A DNA stretch of 63,999 nucleotides, counting the filler, from Circinaria calcarea (lineage: Eukaryota): the NCBI GenBank assembly GCA_051942165.1. It is 9 parts of 9 records of this genome, joined end to end, with 100 filler letters (N's around TTAATTAATTAA, not from the genome) between each part and the next. Parts side by side here need not be neighbours in the genome. Positions count along the whole stretch, not along the records: positions 57,152 to 63,999 come from JAVECS010001474.1; 8 more parts are not named here. One strand, written 5' to 3'. Positions 63,499 through 63,999 of this stretch are shown piece after piece. Both the position numbers and the translations under genes were made by a program. Under the pieces are notes generated by a model that worked only from the letters and a program-made list of their open reading frames with translations, was not told where the DNA came from and made no database searches. The stretch's first letter is position 1; the number at the start of each line of letters is the position of its first letter.

Positions 63499-63999
63499 TC
63501 CTTTGAGAGATACTAAAACTCTAAAAAATAGACCTTTTTGAGATTTCTATTTCTTCCTTGAAAGAATCTCCCCTATTCTATCATGCGTTAATCTGAGGAT
63601 GGGTAAAGTTAGAGCAATTGAAGCAGCTTTCATGAACTCACATTAGGACCCGAGCACAGAAGAACAACACCTTTCACCACCTAGAGTCTTCTATGCCAAC
63701 AAACACCAAACACCATTACACCCAAGCTCGCTCGCTCCAACCTACCGGTTCACTCTAATTTCCAGCTATACCCTATCGAACCGACTTCCTCCACTAGGTA
63801 TCTACTTTGACTTTCAGTAGGGACGGGGACATGCCTGTTGCTGACCGCCACTTCCGCACATCACAGTCTATCATTCCTTGTGAAGAGCGTGTCGTGTCGG
63901 ACCAGGTTTCCAACCCGTCGTCTATATGGCTGCCAGACTTGTCAGCTGAAGGATTATCCTGCTTCCTTACGATCCCACTCAACGCCTCCACCCCTTCTC

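Noticed and set aside
63794..63999. Minus-strand ORF at the window edge
   Set aside because: Too short and truncated to support a call.

Overview
Fungal nuclear DNA from a filamentous ascomycete (Pezizomycotina), judged by the gene families and the ~50-nt GT-AG introns with CTRAC branch points. The window is not one locus. It is nine unrelated contigs of about 7.04-7.05 kb, sorted by decreasing length and joined by artificial 100-nt linkers (N44-TTAATTAATTAA-N44), so neighbourhood is only meaningful within a contig. Recognisable genes: DIP2/CPS1, ATG15, a VPS9-domain GEF, a disrupted purine-cytosine permease, an F-box relic, an aquaglyceroporin, a signal-peptide ureohydrolase, MATE and HOL1-like MFS transporters, a MYND finger protein, ORC2, SLP1, a HeLo-like-N plus ubiquitin-like-domain gene, STE3, methylisocitrate lyase, a PHD+Myb protein, NEW1/elf1, a haspin-like kinase, FUN26 and a large hypothetical protein. 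The most unusual signal is a family of four MITE-like elements on two contigs, one nested inside another. They have TGRG-starting TIRs, ANT target duplications (PHIS/Pangu-like) and a conserved 34-bp 14-6-14 palindrome showing compensatory arm changes and a flipped spacer. A second candidate is the ureohydrolase-MATE-MFS trio, whose MFS gene has an overlapping uORF and a long first intron with mutually exclusive helices. All calls are from reading the sequence; no searches were run.
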